Below, piece after piece: positions 10,075 through 19,048 of a stretch of DNA of 64,000 bases. Each line of letters begins with the position of its first letter. Position 1 is the first letter of the stretch. The translations under genes and the position numbers were made by a program. Source of the DNA: an uncultured delta proteobacterium (GTDB lineage Bacteria > Myxococcota_A > Polyangia > Polyangiales > B10-G4); assembly GCA_963727445.1 (NCBI GenBank), contig CAVSGI010000009.1, positions 320,001 through 384,000 on the forward strand. Direction: 5' to 3'. The notes below the pieces were generated by a model, which did not search any database, was not told the DNA's origin, and saw nothing but the letters and a program-made list of their open reading frames with translations.

Positions 10075-11159
10075 CGGGCTCCCCTGCTCAGCGCCGCGTC
10101 CATGGCGAGGCCACAGCCCCGCGGGACCGCGTCCTCGGCGCGGCCGAGCAGCTCGATCCCGCCATCCACCGCGCGCGCGAGATCCGCGGTCTGGATCGCC
10201 GCGACCGTGTCCACGTTGGCGACGTCGTCGATGCGAAGGATGCCGACCTCGCCTTCGGCAACCGCCGCGAGCGACTCCGGGTCCACGGGTGTGGCGCGCA
10301 TCCAGCCCGGCACCCAGTAGCGCCGCGGTTGTCGCGGCGCGAGCAGCGTCGTCTCGTACATCTGGCTCGACAGCTCGGTCATTCCGTATTCGCTCACGAC
10401 GAAGCTCTCCGCGACGCCATAGCGCTCCGCGAGGAGGCGGCGCATCGCCACCGGCGCCACCTCGCGGGTGCGGCCCTTGAAGCCGCCGGTCTGCATGATC
10501 CGGCTTCCGTCCGGAAGCGCGAAGCGCGTCTGTCCGAGAGCGTCCTCGAGGTGCACGAACGCGAAGCTGGTGCCGAGGAGGGCGACCGGGATGGCGTCGT
10601 TTCGCGCATCGCGGAGCGCGGCCCCGAGGGCCTCCACGTCGAGGGCGTCGGGGCTGGCCACCCATGCCGAGCGCCCATCGCCGAACCATTCGTCGAAGCG
10701 ACCCAGCATGTAGGAGAGCGAGGACGCGGGCAGGGCGTGGGGCGGCGGCGCGACGAAGACCAGGCGCATTCGCGCGACGCCCGCGAAGAGCGCGTGGGCC
10801 GCGGCGGCGCGCGCGGCCCGGTCGTAGAGCGCGAGCTCGCGGAAGTGGTGTGCGCCACGCGCGCCGTGGGTCGTGCCGGAGGTCAGAAAGGTGCGAGCGG
10901 TGGCGCCTTCCGGAAACGAAGCGACCCGCGCAAAACGAAAGACGTCGGTCGGAAGCGCCGGGACCTGGTCGATGCTCTCCATCCGCCCGCCCCCGACGCG
11001 GCTCTGCACGAGGCGGCCGTAGGGCATCACGGCCTCGGCCTGCGCGAGCGCGATCGACAGCAGGAGCGCGTCACGCGCTTCGTCGTCCCGACTTCCGTCG
11101 GCGAGGCGATCGATCAGCGCAGCGGCGCGCGCGCGAAGCGCTTCGAGCGTCGCGCTCAC
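10071..11159 (-). CDS. LuxE-like acyl-protein synthetase
   Basis: TSGTT, SSLSYM, TGGFKGR, EYGMTELSSQ, IQTADL and C-terminal PRGC acyl-acceptor Cys; GTG start overlaps the aminotransferase stop. Confidence 0.9.
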   Translation of the reverse strand: MSATLEALRARAAALIDRLADGSRDDEARDALLLSIALAQAEAVMPYGRLVQSRVGGGRMESIDQVPALPTDVFRFARVASFPEGATARTFLTSGTTHGARGAHHFRELALYDRAARAAAAHALFAGVARMRLVFVAPPPHALPASSLSYMLGRFDEWFGDGRSAWVASPDALDVEALGAALRDARNDAIPVALLGTSFAFVHLEDALGQTRFALPDGSRIMQTGGFKGRTREVAPVAMRRLLAERYGVAESFVVSEYGMTELSSQMYETTLLAPRQPRRYWVPGWMRATPVDPESLAAVAEGEVGILRIDDVANVDTVAAIQTADLARAVDGGIELLGRAEDAVPRGCGLAMDAALSRGAR

Positions 11160-12490
11160 CCTGCGGCCTCGTTCGCGAGCACCGCTTCGAGCGCCTCCAC
11201 GAAGGGGTCGAGGAGCGCTTCGTCGATGATCAGAGGTGGGACGATCTGCAAGACCCGCGCGTCTCGCCCCGCCGGGAGCGCGAGGTAGCCGCGCTCGAGC
11301 AGCCGTCGCACCACGCGGAGGCAGAGCTCGCCGGACTCGAGCACCACGCCCGCGGCGAGGCCCAGCCCGCGCACCTCGCGCACCGGGGCGAGCGCCGACA
11401 GCGCATCGAGTCGTGCCCGAAAGCGCGCGCCCACTTCCCGTGCGCGCGCCGGCAGGTCCTCTTCCTCGATCACGTCGAGGGACGCGTGGGCGGCGGCGCA
11501 TCCGAGTGGATTGCCGAAGAAGGTGCCGGTGTGGATCGCCGCCCCGTCGGGATCGCCCCAAGCGGCCATCACCTCGGCGCGCCCCAGGAGCGCGCTCACC
11601 GGCAGGCCACCGCCGAGCGCTTTGCCCACGCACAAGAGGTCCGGCGTCGCTCCGTCGGCGACCGATCGAAAGAGCGCGCCCGTGCGCCCGAAGCCCGTGA
11701 AGATCTCGTCGACCACCAACAGGGCGCCGCGTTCGTGCGCGAGCGCTTCGAGCCCCGAAAGGAAACCGGCGGGTGGCACCACCACCCCACCCCGCCCGAG
11801 CATCGGCTCGACGAGGATGGCCCCCGCCCCCTCGGCTGGCCACGCGTCGGCGACGGCGCGCAGGGCCTCTTCGACAGCGACCGTCGCGCGTGGGTAGGGC
11901 ACGAAGGTCACGTGGGGGTTGAGCTGCGCCGCGAAGGGCGCCCGGAACGCTTCCGAGAAACCGCAGGCCGCCAGTGGCCCGTGGGAGAGCCCGTGATAGC
12001 CGCCTTCGAAAGCGACGATCCCCGGGCGGCCAGTGGCGAGCATCGCGGTCTTGATCGCCGCCTCCACCGCGTCCGCGCCGCCGAGGCCGAGCACTACCCG
12101 CGCGTCTCGCCAGGGTGCGAGCGCAGCGAGGCGCGCGAGGAGCGCGATCTTCACATCCGAGGGATGAAGATCGCCGAGGGCATGGATCAGCCTCCCCGCC
12201 TGCGCCTGCACCGCGGCCACCACCCGCGGGTGCGCGTGGCCGACCGCGGCGACGCCGAAACCGGCCGTCATGTCCACGTACCGATTGCCGTCGGCGTCGA
12301 CGACGTTGGCGCCCCTGGCCTCGGCCCAAACGATGGGATCGTGCGGGGCGCCAGCTCTCTCCCTCCGCCGCGCCCGCCGCGTAGTGAAGGAAGGGCACTC
12401 GGTGCGCGCGAGCGTCTCCACCAGCGCTTGGGCGCGCGGGCCGGGGAGCGGGGCCCGGACCGAGGGGGGAAGCTGACCGAGCGTCGTCAC
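11156..12490 (-). CDS. class III PLP-dependent aminotransferase (GabT/ArgD-like)
   Basis: DADGNRYVD, GYHG, DEIFTGFGRTG, PDLLCVGKALGGG (PLP Lys), HTGTFFGNP; start may be GTG 12490 or TTG 12526. Confidence 0.93.
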   Translation of the reverse strand: MTTLGQLPPSVRAPLPGPRAQALVETLARTECPSFTTRRARRRERAGAPHDPIVWAEARGANVVDADGNRYVDMTAGFGVAAVGHAHPRVVAAVQAQAGRLIHALGDLHPSDVKIALLARLAALAPWRDARVVLGLGGADAVEAAIKTAMLATGRPGIVAFEGGYHGLSHGPLAACGFSEAFRAPFAAQLNPHVTFVPYPRATVAVEEALRAVADAWPAEGAGAILVEPMLGRGGVVVPPAGFLSGLEALAHERGALLVVDEIFTGFGRTGALFRSVADGATPDLLCVGKALGGGLPVSALLGRAEVMAAWGDPDGAAIHTGTFFGNPLGCAAAHASLDVIEEEDLPARAREVGARFRARLDALSALAPVREVRGLGLAAGVVLESGELCLRVVRRLLERGYLALPAGRDARVLQIVPPLIIDEALLDPFVEALEAVLANEAAG

Positions 12491-12536
12491 TGCCGGGGTT
12501 GTAGGAAGTCGCGCGGCGATGAGCAAACGCCCGGGG

Positions 12537-13466
12537 CTACCTCTTCCAGGGATAGAAGAGCATCGCCTCGGAGCGCACCGTCCGCATCACGGCGGCGTCG
12601 TCGAGGAGCAGGACGTCCAGGGCGGCGCCCTGACCATCCCCCGCCTCCCGGAGCCGCTGGACGATCTCGTTGACCCGCTGGCGGAACGCGGTGTCGACCT
12701 TCAGCCCCACGGTCGGCATGGGGGCGCCGGGGCCACGGGCGATCGCGCAGAGCGCCGCCCACTCCACTTCGGGATACCCCCGGAGCACGTTGGCGAGGGA
12801 AGCGAGGAGCTCGTCGCTCGGCTTCTCCTTGAGCTTGTGTACCGCGACGCTCGAGCCACTGCCGAAGGTGGTGACGGCCGCGGGCGCGTCGTCGGCGCTC
12901 GCCTGGACCGCCGCACCGGCCGCTGCGGCCTCTCTCGCCATCTCCGTCGCGTCCGCGCGCCGGGCGGCGCTCACCGCGGGCACCTTCTGCGCGGTGTTGG
13001 CTTTCACCGCCTGCATCATCGTCGACGAGATGCGCCCCACGGCAGCGTAGGGCCCCGACGACTCGCGGCGGGCGGCCGGCGAGAGCAGCGGCTCCATCTC
13101 CTCGCGATCGATGTCGAGGGAGTGACTCGAGGAGATGTCGATCACCACGAAATGCAGGTTCTGACCGACCGCGTGATTGAGCGCGCCGCGGGCGCCGATC
13201 TCCTTGAAGGTCGGTTGGCCGTTTGGGTCGACCCAGCCGAACTGGGCGGCGGCACGGTCGAGCTCCTCTCGCGTGGAGAAGATCGGCAGCGCCGTCTGGC
13301 CATCGGCATTGGTGAGGGTGCGGAAATTCGAGTCGTCCGCCCCTCCCCAGGTGGGGACGTAAACCGTCCTTTGCGCCAGGGCGACGAGAGCATCGACCTT
13401 CGCCTGACCGCCTTTTTGGGCGTCAGTGAGGAGGCGGTGAAAGGGGGAGAGGGTGGAGTCTGTCAC
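12537..13466 (-). CDS. SseB family protein (SseB N- and C-terminal domains)
   Basis: VYVP..., DGQTALPIFST..EL (SseB_N); L...L...PEV..A.L (SseB_C); start set at GTG 13466 so it does not overlap the divergent gene. Confidence 0.78.
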   Translation of the reverse strand: MTDSTLSPFHRLLTDAQKGGQAKVDALVALAQRTVYVPTWGGADDSNFRTLTNADGQTALPIFSTREELDRAAAQFGWVDPNGQPTFKEIGARGALNHAVGQNLHFVVIDISSSHSLDIDREEMEPLLSPAARRESSGPYAAVGRISSTMMQAVKANTAQKVPAVSAARRADATEMAREAAAAGAAVQASADDAPAAVTTFGSGSSVAVHKLKEKPSDELLASLANVLRGYPEVEWAALCAIARGPGAPMPTVGLKVDTAFRQRVNEIVQRLREAGDGQGAALDVLLLDDAAVMRTVRSEAMLFYPWKR

Positions 13467-13560
13467 ACCGAAACAGATGATAACCGGGCGGATGTCACGG
13501 CTTGCAAGTTCGAGACAGGAACGGAGCAACTGAGCGCGGCCCGCGCCGATAAGCGCCGCG

Positions 13561-15168
13561 ATGGTCGCACCCTCTCTCCGCCTCCTCGCCACACTCCTGC
13601 TCGTGAGCGCTGCCCTCGGCTGCGCCCAGTCGGCCAGTTGCCCCGTCGGGACCGCATCCGACGAGGGCGGGCGCTGTTCGGCGGCCCCCGATGCCGCGCT
13701 CGACGATGACGCTGGCGTCGGCTCGCCGGAGCCCGAGCCGCCGGGCAGGCTGATCGTCCGAGTGCCCACTGATGTGACGTGGATCATCGCCGGCGACACC
13801 GCCGAGGTGGCGCTTCGTGCCTCGACCGCGCCCAGCTACTACGGGCCCATCACCATCATGCTCGAGGGATTGCCCGAAGGCGTCGCCCTCGCACCGGACG
13901 AGGACTTCGCGGGCCCCACCTTCGCGCTTCGAGCGGTCTCCGATGCGCCTGTCGGCGTGCGCGCGGAGGTGATGGTGCGCGCCTTCGTCACGGAGCGACC
14001 GGAGATCGCCGGCGAGGCGACTTTCACTTTGGGGGTGCGGGGCCGACGTGGTGAGCTCGACGAGAGCTTCGACGCCGATGGGATCCGCACCGACGTTCCT
14101 CTCGACGGAAGCCGTGACACGGTCACCCAGATCGCAAGGGCCGCAGAGGGAACTTTGATCGTCGGCGGCAACGGGCAGGCCGACGGACGTCAGATCGGCT
14201 TCGTCTCGTGGTACGCCCCGGATGGCTCCTCCGCGGGCGTCACCCAGCAGGTCGACATCCTCGGTGCGCGCAACACGCGAGTCCGGGGGGTGTTGCCCAT
14301 GGAGGACGGCCTGCTCGTCTCGGTGGAGGCCGACAGCGAGTACGTCCTGCGCTACGACGAGGACGGCCGCGTCGACCGCGGGTTCGTCACCGACCCGACG
14401 GTCGCCCGCCCGAGCGTGCTACACGGCGGCGCGCTCCATCGGCACGGCGACGGGTTCATCGTGAGCTTCAACGAACAGCTCGAGCGCTACCACGCCGACG
14501 GCACGCTCGACCGCGACTTCGGCGCGGAGGGCATCATCCCCGTCAGCGGTGCGCTCGTTCCACGGATGGCGTTCTTCTCGGACCGGTCCTTCGTGTGGGC
14601 GTCCACCTCGTACACCGCCGGTAAGGTGTTCATGCGTCTCGACGCGCATGGCGGGCGCCGCATCTCCTTCGGCACCCGCGGTGTGGTCGAGCTCTCCGGC
14701 ATCCGCTCGCTCTTCGGCATCGTGGCCCTCGAGGATGGGGCGATGATCTTCGCCGGCGACACCCTCGCCGTCTCCGCGGCGGATTTCCGGGGGGGCCTCA
14801 CCAAGATCACCCCGCGTGGCGAGATCGACAGCGCCTTCGGCGCGGGCGGCGAGCGTCTCATCGACGACGGCACCGGTGCTGCGCTCGCCCTCTACGGGAT
14901 CGCGGCGCACGACGACACGATCTACGGCTGGGGCACCCGCTACGTGGATGGCGCGCCCCTTCGAGGATTCGTCGTGGCCTACACGAGCGCTGGCACCCTC
15001 GACACGACCTTCGACCACGGCGGCTTCGTCGACCTCGGAGAGGGCGTTCTGCCGCGGGACGGCTTCGTCGACGAAGTGAGCGGGCGGTTGGTCCTCGCGT
15101 GCGACCGATCGTCGTCCTCCGATCCGGGCGCGCTGCACATGATCGCCGTCATCCGCCTCTGGCTCTGA
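13561..15168 (+). CDS. lipoprotein with delta-60-type beta-propeller repeats
   Basis: Lipobox LGC; repeats GELDESFDADG, GTLDRDFGAEG, GEIDSAFGAGG, GTLDTTFDHGG. Confidence 0.82.
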   Translation: MVAPSLRLLATLLLVSAALGCAQSASCPVGTASDEGGRCSAAPDAALDDDAGVGSPEPEPPGRLIVRVPTDVTWIIAGDTAEVALRASTAPSYYGPITIMLEGLPEGVALAPDEDFAGPTFALRAVSDAPVGVRAEVMVRAFVTERPEIAGEATFTLGVRGRRGELDESFDADGIRTDVPLDGSRDTVTQIARAAEGTLIVGGNGQADGRQIGFVSWYAPDGSSAGVTQQVDILGARNTRVRGVLPMEDGLLVSVEADSEYVLRYDEDGRVDRGFVTDPTVARPSVLHGGALHRHGDGFIVSFNEQLERYHADGTLDRDFGAEGIIPVSGALVPRMAFFSDRSFVWASTSYTAGKVFMRLDAHGGRRISFGTRGVVELSGIRSLFGIVALEDGAMIFAGDTLAVSAADFRGGLTKITPRGEIDSAFGAGGERLIDDGTGAALALYGIAAHDDTIYGWGTRYVDGAPLRGFVVAYTSAGTLDTTFDHGGFVDLGEGVLPRDGFVDEVSGRLVLACDRSSSSDPGALHMIAVIRLWL

Positions 15169-15169
15169 C

Positions 15170-16573
15170 TCAGGGCGCGGCGAGGACGGCGATCTCCTCG
15201 GCGGAGAGATCGCGGGCGTAGATGCGGACGTCGTCGAGATCACCGGCGAAGTAGCTCGTGGTGGAGCCGTTGTCGTCGGCGCCCACGAGCGCGTCGCTCG
15301 AATCGAAGGAGGGCGTCACGCTCTCCGGGCTGATCGCCACCATCGCGCCGTTCAGGTAGAGGAGGAGCCGCCGACCGACGGGCTCCCAGACCCCAGCCAC
15401 GTGCGCCCACTCGCCGGCCGTCACGGCGAGCTCGGCGGTGGCCGTCGCTTCGCCGCCCATCGCGTCCACCGTGAGGCTCAGCTCGCCTTCGCCGTCGCCG
15501 TCCGTGTCCACGAAGCCCAGCTCCCAGCTGTTGCGGAAGGAGCCGGCGAAGGGCTTGGAGAGGAAGACCATGGTGCGGGTGACGGGGAGGGTGGGCAGTT
15601 GCACCCAAGCAGCGAGGGTGAAACCCGAGGCGGTCACCAGCGCCGGGTCGTTGGGGATGTCGATGTAGTTCTGAGCGCCGTCGAAGCCGAAGGCATTTCC
15701 GCGGACGCCCGTGATGCCAGTCGTCGGACATCGCCGTCCGGTGCAGGTCGCGCTCGGTGTCATGGACGCCGCGTTGAGCTGCACGCCGTCGATGCTCCCG
15801 CTCTCGTCCATCGGCAGACGAAGGACGAGGGTCGGCTCGCGATCAGGATCCCACGGCATCGCCGTGTCCGCCGGAGCGGCGTCGGGCATCGCGGAGTCCA
15901 TCATCCCGCCGTCGGGCATGGGCGGGCGCGGCGCGCGGCAGCCTTCGTCGGGATCGCAGAGCTCGCCGCTGGTGCACGCGCTCGAATCGCCATAGCTCAT
16001 GCACGCGCCGCCCTCGCACACGGCGGTCGCGCACGACGCCGCCGACGCGCATTCGCTGTCGTCGTTGCACGCCGGCACCGGGCAGTGCTCGAGGCTGCCA
16101 GGTCGACAGCGCGGGTCGACGCATCGCCCCCCGAAGCACTCCGTGAGCTCGGGCGCGCCTCCGCCGGGACACGACACGCTGCGACAGCTCCGGGTCAGCA
16201 CGACGCGTACGCCGAGCGCTTCCTGCGCGAGCTGAAAGCGAACGATCCGATTGATGAAGACCACGCCGTCAGCGTCGCGGAGCTCCACCACCACTTGATA
16301 GGGCCCGTAGCTCAGCGGCCCGACTTCGGCGATGCGCAGGCCCGTACGGAAGGCGGCCTCGTCGGTCGGGCCGGCCGCCGTGTCGCGCGCTTCGGTGGCG
16401 AGGGCGCTCTCGGGCCGCGACTGCGAAGCCAGGGTGACGCGCACCGAGTGCATCTCCTCGCCCGGGATGAAGTCGGTCTGCACCTCCACGAAGACGCTGC
16501 CCGTCTGACCTTTCGGCTCGCAGGCGGGCGCCAGGACGAGGAGCAGAACCGGGAGAAGCGAGGCGAAGCGCAT
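15170..16573 (-). CDS. lipoprotein: conserved N-domain, Cys-rich region, LamG-like jellyroll domain
   Basis: Lipobox APAC; FTLAAWV, GEWAHVAGVW, LYLNG, FAGDLDDVRIY (LamG_3). Confidence 0.85.
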   Translation of the reverse strand: MRFASLLPVLLLVLAPACEPKGQTGSVFVEVQTDFIPGEEMHSVRVTLASQSRPESALATEARDTAAGPTDEAAFRTGLRIAEVGPLSYGPYQVVVELRDADGVVFINRIVRFQLAQEALGVRVVLTRSCRSVSCPGGGAPELTECFGGRCVDPRCRPGSLEHCPVPACNDDSECASAASCATAVCEGGACMSYGDSSACTSGELCDPDEGCRAPRPPMPDGGMMDSAMPDAAPADTAMPWDPDREPTLVLRLPMDESGSIDGVQLNAASMTPSATCTGRRCPTTGITGVRGNAFGFDGAQNYIDIPNDPALVTASGFTLAAWVQLPTLPVTRTMVFLSKPFAGSFRNSWELGFVDTDGDGEGELSLTVDAMGGEATATAELAVTAGEWAHVAGVWEPVGRRLLLYLNGAMVAISPESVTPSFDSSDALVGADDNGSTTSYFAGDLDDVRIYARDLSAEEIAVLAAP

Positions 16574-16632
16574 GCCCGAATGCAGCTTGCGCGACCCCCA
16601 CACGCGGGGTCAAACGGCCGGCGCGTCCATCC

Positions 16633-16660
16633 TTGACAGCACCGGGTCAAAGGCTATCTT
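16633..16660 (+). promoter_or_regulatory. sigma70 promoter of tRNA-Phe
   Basis: TTGACA (16633-38), 16 bp, TATCTT (16655-60), then a GC-rich discriminator typical of stable-RNA promoters. Confidence 0.75.
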
Positions 16661-16673
16661 CCGCCGCCTACCC

Positions 16674-16746
16674 GCCCAGATAGCTCAGTTGGTAGAGCAT
16701 TCGACTGAAAATCGAAGTGTCGGCGGTTCAATTCCGTCTCTGGGCA
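16674..16746 (+). tRNA. tRNA-Phe (GAA)
   Basis: Acceptor GCCCAGA/TCTGGGC; D-arm AGCTCAGTTGGTAGAGC; anticodon arm TTCGA-CTGAAAA-TCGAA; T-loop GTTCAAT; CCA not encoded (CCG follows). Confidence 0.97.
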
Positions 16747-16752
16747 CCGAAG

Positions 16753-16779
16753 AAGCCCCGCCACCCGGCGGGGCTTTTT
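16753..16779 (+). terminator. Rho-independent terminator after the tRNA (possibly bidirectional)
   Basis: AAGCCCCGCC-accc-GGCGGGGCTT followed by TTT. Confidence 0.85.
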
Positions 16780-16785
16780 GCTCCG

Positions 16786-18213
16786 TCAGCTGCGGCGGTG
16801 TCGTCGTCCGATGAAGACGACGGCGAGGAGCAGCGGCGCGAAGCCCGCCGCGCCCGGCCCGCCCGCGGCGCTGCAGCCACCGACGACACCGCCTGCGCCC
16901 GGATGTCCGGGCCCGGGGTCGGGGCTCGTCGGATCGGAGCCAGGCCCGGGGTCGGTGCCGGGGTCGGTGCCGGGGTCGGTGCCGCTACCCATGAACCTGT
17001 CGTCGACCGTCACGACAATCTCCATGTCGGGCGGCGCAGCGCCCACCTCACTGAAGTAGCCGACGCCCTCCTCGACGATGTTGAACGCCTGGCGGTACTC
17101 GCCGGTGATCGCCGGCGCGCGTATGGTGAAGCCGAAGCGCCCGACCTCCCCGGGACCGATCGCCGTCTCCACCGACGCGGCGCGACTCGGCGACGTCCAA
17201 TCGGGTCCGTAGAGCGCGCTGTCGCCGTCCATCGGAAGCACGGTGCCGAGGAAGGTGAAGCCAGGCGTCCAGGTCTCGGTGCCGGTGTTGCGCAGCTCGA
17301 AGTAACCGTACTGCTCTTCGCCCGGTCCGAGATCGAAGGGCGCGCCCGCGCGCGGAAAGCTCTGACCGACGAACTCGGCCGCGTACGTGGTGCCGGTGGG
17401 CGTGCCGCCGGTGCCGCCGGTGCCGCCGCTCCCGCCGGAGCCGCCCGAGCCCGAACCCGAGCCGCCGGTGCCGCCGCTGCCGCCGCTCGTGTCTCCCCAG
17501 AACGACGCGCCCATCTCGTCGTAGACGTTCACGGCATAGCTGCGGTAGCGCGAGAGGCGCGAGCTCCAGCACGACGCGGTCGTGGAGCAGCCGTTGTAGT
17601 AGCGCGTGACGGTCTTGGCCCAGTCGTCGACGGCGGTGCTGTCGCTGCGGTCGACGCTGTTCATCCAGGCGATGGCCTCGGAGGCGTTCGAGACGCCGGA
17701 GACGAACTCGGAGCGGATGACCATGTCGATCACGAAGTCGACGGCGGCGTCGGTGTTGCCGGAGATGGTGAGGATGCGCTCGCCTTCGCGGGCGAGGGTG
17801 TCGTCGTAGGTGCCGGCGTCGAACTGGAACATCCCCAGGCCGCCCTGGTGCAGGGAGCAGGCGCCGTCGCCCGCGCCGGCCACGATGGGCCCGCCGCCGC
17901 AGTCGGGAGAGGTCGGTCCCTGGCAGGACCAGGTGAGCTCCGACCAGCAGTGGCTCATGTTGGTCTCGGCGTCGGCGATGCCGGCGAGGAGCCAGCCCTG
18001 GGTCATGCCCCGGGCGGCGGCCGCGTCCCGGATGTCGCCGGCGCGCGTGCGGCGCTCGGCGGCGCTCAGGGCCTCGGCGGACGCCCCGACCTCACCCTCG
18101 CCATCGACCTGGCCGAGGCAGCCCGAGAGGGCCACGAGGAGCCCCACGGCCGCCAGGGCGCAGCTGCTGAGTGGGGGGCGCGTTGGGGAGGGGGCGGGGA
18201 ACGACGACCGCAT
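16786..18213 (-). CDS. MYXO-CTERM surface protein: lysozyme-like/transglycosylase domain, Gly-Ser-Thr linker, NBR1-Ig-like domain
   Basis: IADAET, GLGMFQF, RYYNG motifs; LRNTGTETW..GPGEVGRFGF (NBR1-Ig); C-terminal GGCSAA-TM-RRHRR; start 18213 or 18225. Confidence 0.82.
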   Translation of the reverse strand: MRSSFPAPSPTRPPLSSCALAAVGLLVALSGCLGQVDGEGEVGASAEALSAAERRTRAGDIRDAAAARGMTQGWLLAGIADAETNMSHCWSELTWSCQGPTSPDCGGGPIVAGAGDGACSLHQGGLGMFQFDAGTYDDTLAREGERILTISGNTDAAVDFVIDMVIRSEFVSGVSNASEAIAWMNSVDRSDSTAVDDWAKTVTRYYNGCSTTASCWSSRLSRYRSYAVNVYDEMGASFWGDTSGGSGGTGGSGSGSGGSGGSGGTGGTGGTPTGTTYAAEFVGQSFPRAGAPFDLGPGEEQYGYFELRNTGTETWTPGFTFLGTVLPMDGDSALYGPDWTSPSRAASVETAIGPGEVGRFGFTIRAPAITGEYRQAFNIVEEGVGYFSEVGAAPPDMEIVVTVDDRFMGSGTDPGTDPGTDPGPGSDPTSPDPGPGHPGAGGVVGGCSAAGGPGAAGFAPLLLAVVFIGRRHRRS

Positions 18214-18227
18214 TGGGGGGAACATAG

Positions 18228-18244
18228 GGCAAGGGCCATGCCGG
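18228..18244 (-). promoter_or_regulatory. putative sigma54 (-24/-12) promoter of the MYXO-CTERM gene
   Basis: CCGGCATGGCCCTTGCC: GG-N10-GC with GGCA and TTGC. Confidence 0.55.
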
Positions 18245-18329
18245 CCGTCAGCACCGAATTCTTCTACGATGTCACTGAGTCAGTGGTCATTGGAGTAACC
18301 ATCAACCAGGGTTTGATGGCCCCAGTGGC

Positions 18330-18881
18330 TTAGTACATGCGCCAGGGCCCGTTGCCCGAGGGGTTCCAGCTCATGTGCTGGGTGCCGACGAAGCTGTCGT
18401 CGTGACGCTCCTCGTGGAGGTCGGCGCCGGGGGTCGGGGGCGGCGGCCGTTCGCTCTCGGGGACGTCGGAGTGACGCCTCGGCCGGGCCACCAGCACCGA
18501 GCAGGTCGCGTGGTGAATGAGGTGGGTCGCGACCGAGCCGAGGCTCTTCAGGCCCTTTTCGTCCTTGGTGCCGACGATGAGCAGATCGGCGTGATAGTCG
18601 GCGGCGAGCTGCTCGAGGGCGACGCCCGGATCGCCGAAGCGGACGTGGATGGAGATGTTGGCCGCGGTCAGCCCCAGCACCTCCATCCCGACGTTGGCGA
18701 TCCGCTCCCAGAGCTGGTGGCTCGCCGCGCTGAACTCGGCGTCGAGCTCGCCCGTCTTCTTGCTCTCGTCGAGCACGTGACAGATGTGGAGGTGAGCGTT
18801 CGATCCGCGCCGCAGCGCCTCCAGAATCGCGAGACGGCCCGGCGCACCGAAGTCGTCTCCGACGACGATCTGAATGGTCAT
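18330..18881 (-). CDS. universal stress protein (UspA family)
   Basis: IVVGDDF, LHICHV, GDP..AL, ADLLIVGT, LGSVATHLIHHATCSVLV. Confidence 0.9.
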   Translation of the reverse strand: MTIQIVVGDDFGAPGRLAILEALRRGSNAHLHICHVLDESKKTGELDAEFSAASHQLWERIANVGMEVLGLTAANISIHVRFGDPGVALEQLAADYHADLLIVGTKDEKGLKSLGSVATHLIHHATCSVLVARPRRHSDVPESERPPPPTPGADLHEERHDDSFVGTQHMSWNPSGNGPWRMY

Positions 18882-19048
18882 GGGCGAAGAGTACACCAGG
18901 GCAGCGCGGGGGTGTCATCCCGTCTTGATGCCAGGGACGGCGTTCGGTCTCTCGGTCTTGCGAAGTCGGAGGTGCTGCATACGAGAGCAATGCGCGAGGG
19001 CGGGGCGGGGACCGGGCATGCTGGGGACGGCGCATGAGCTCCTCGTTC

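Noticed and set aside
8848..11159. Bioluminescence (lux) operon
   Set aside because: No luxA, luxB, luxD or luxG in the window; luxCE-like genes also occur outside luminous bacteria.
16940..16990. 12-bp (GTDP) repeat here and 15-bp (DTGxx) repeat at about 37795-37910 as DNA elements
   Set aside because: In-frame low-complexity protein linkers.
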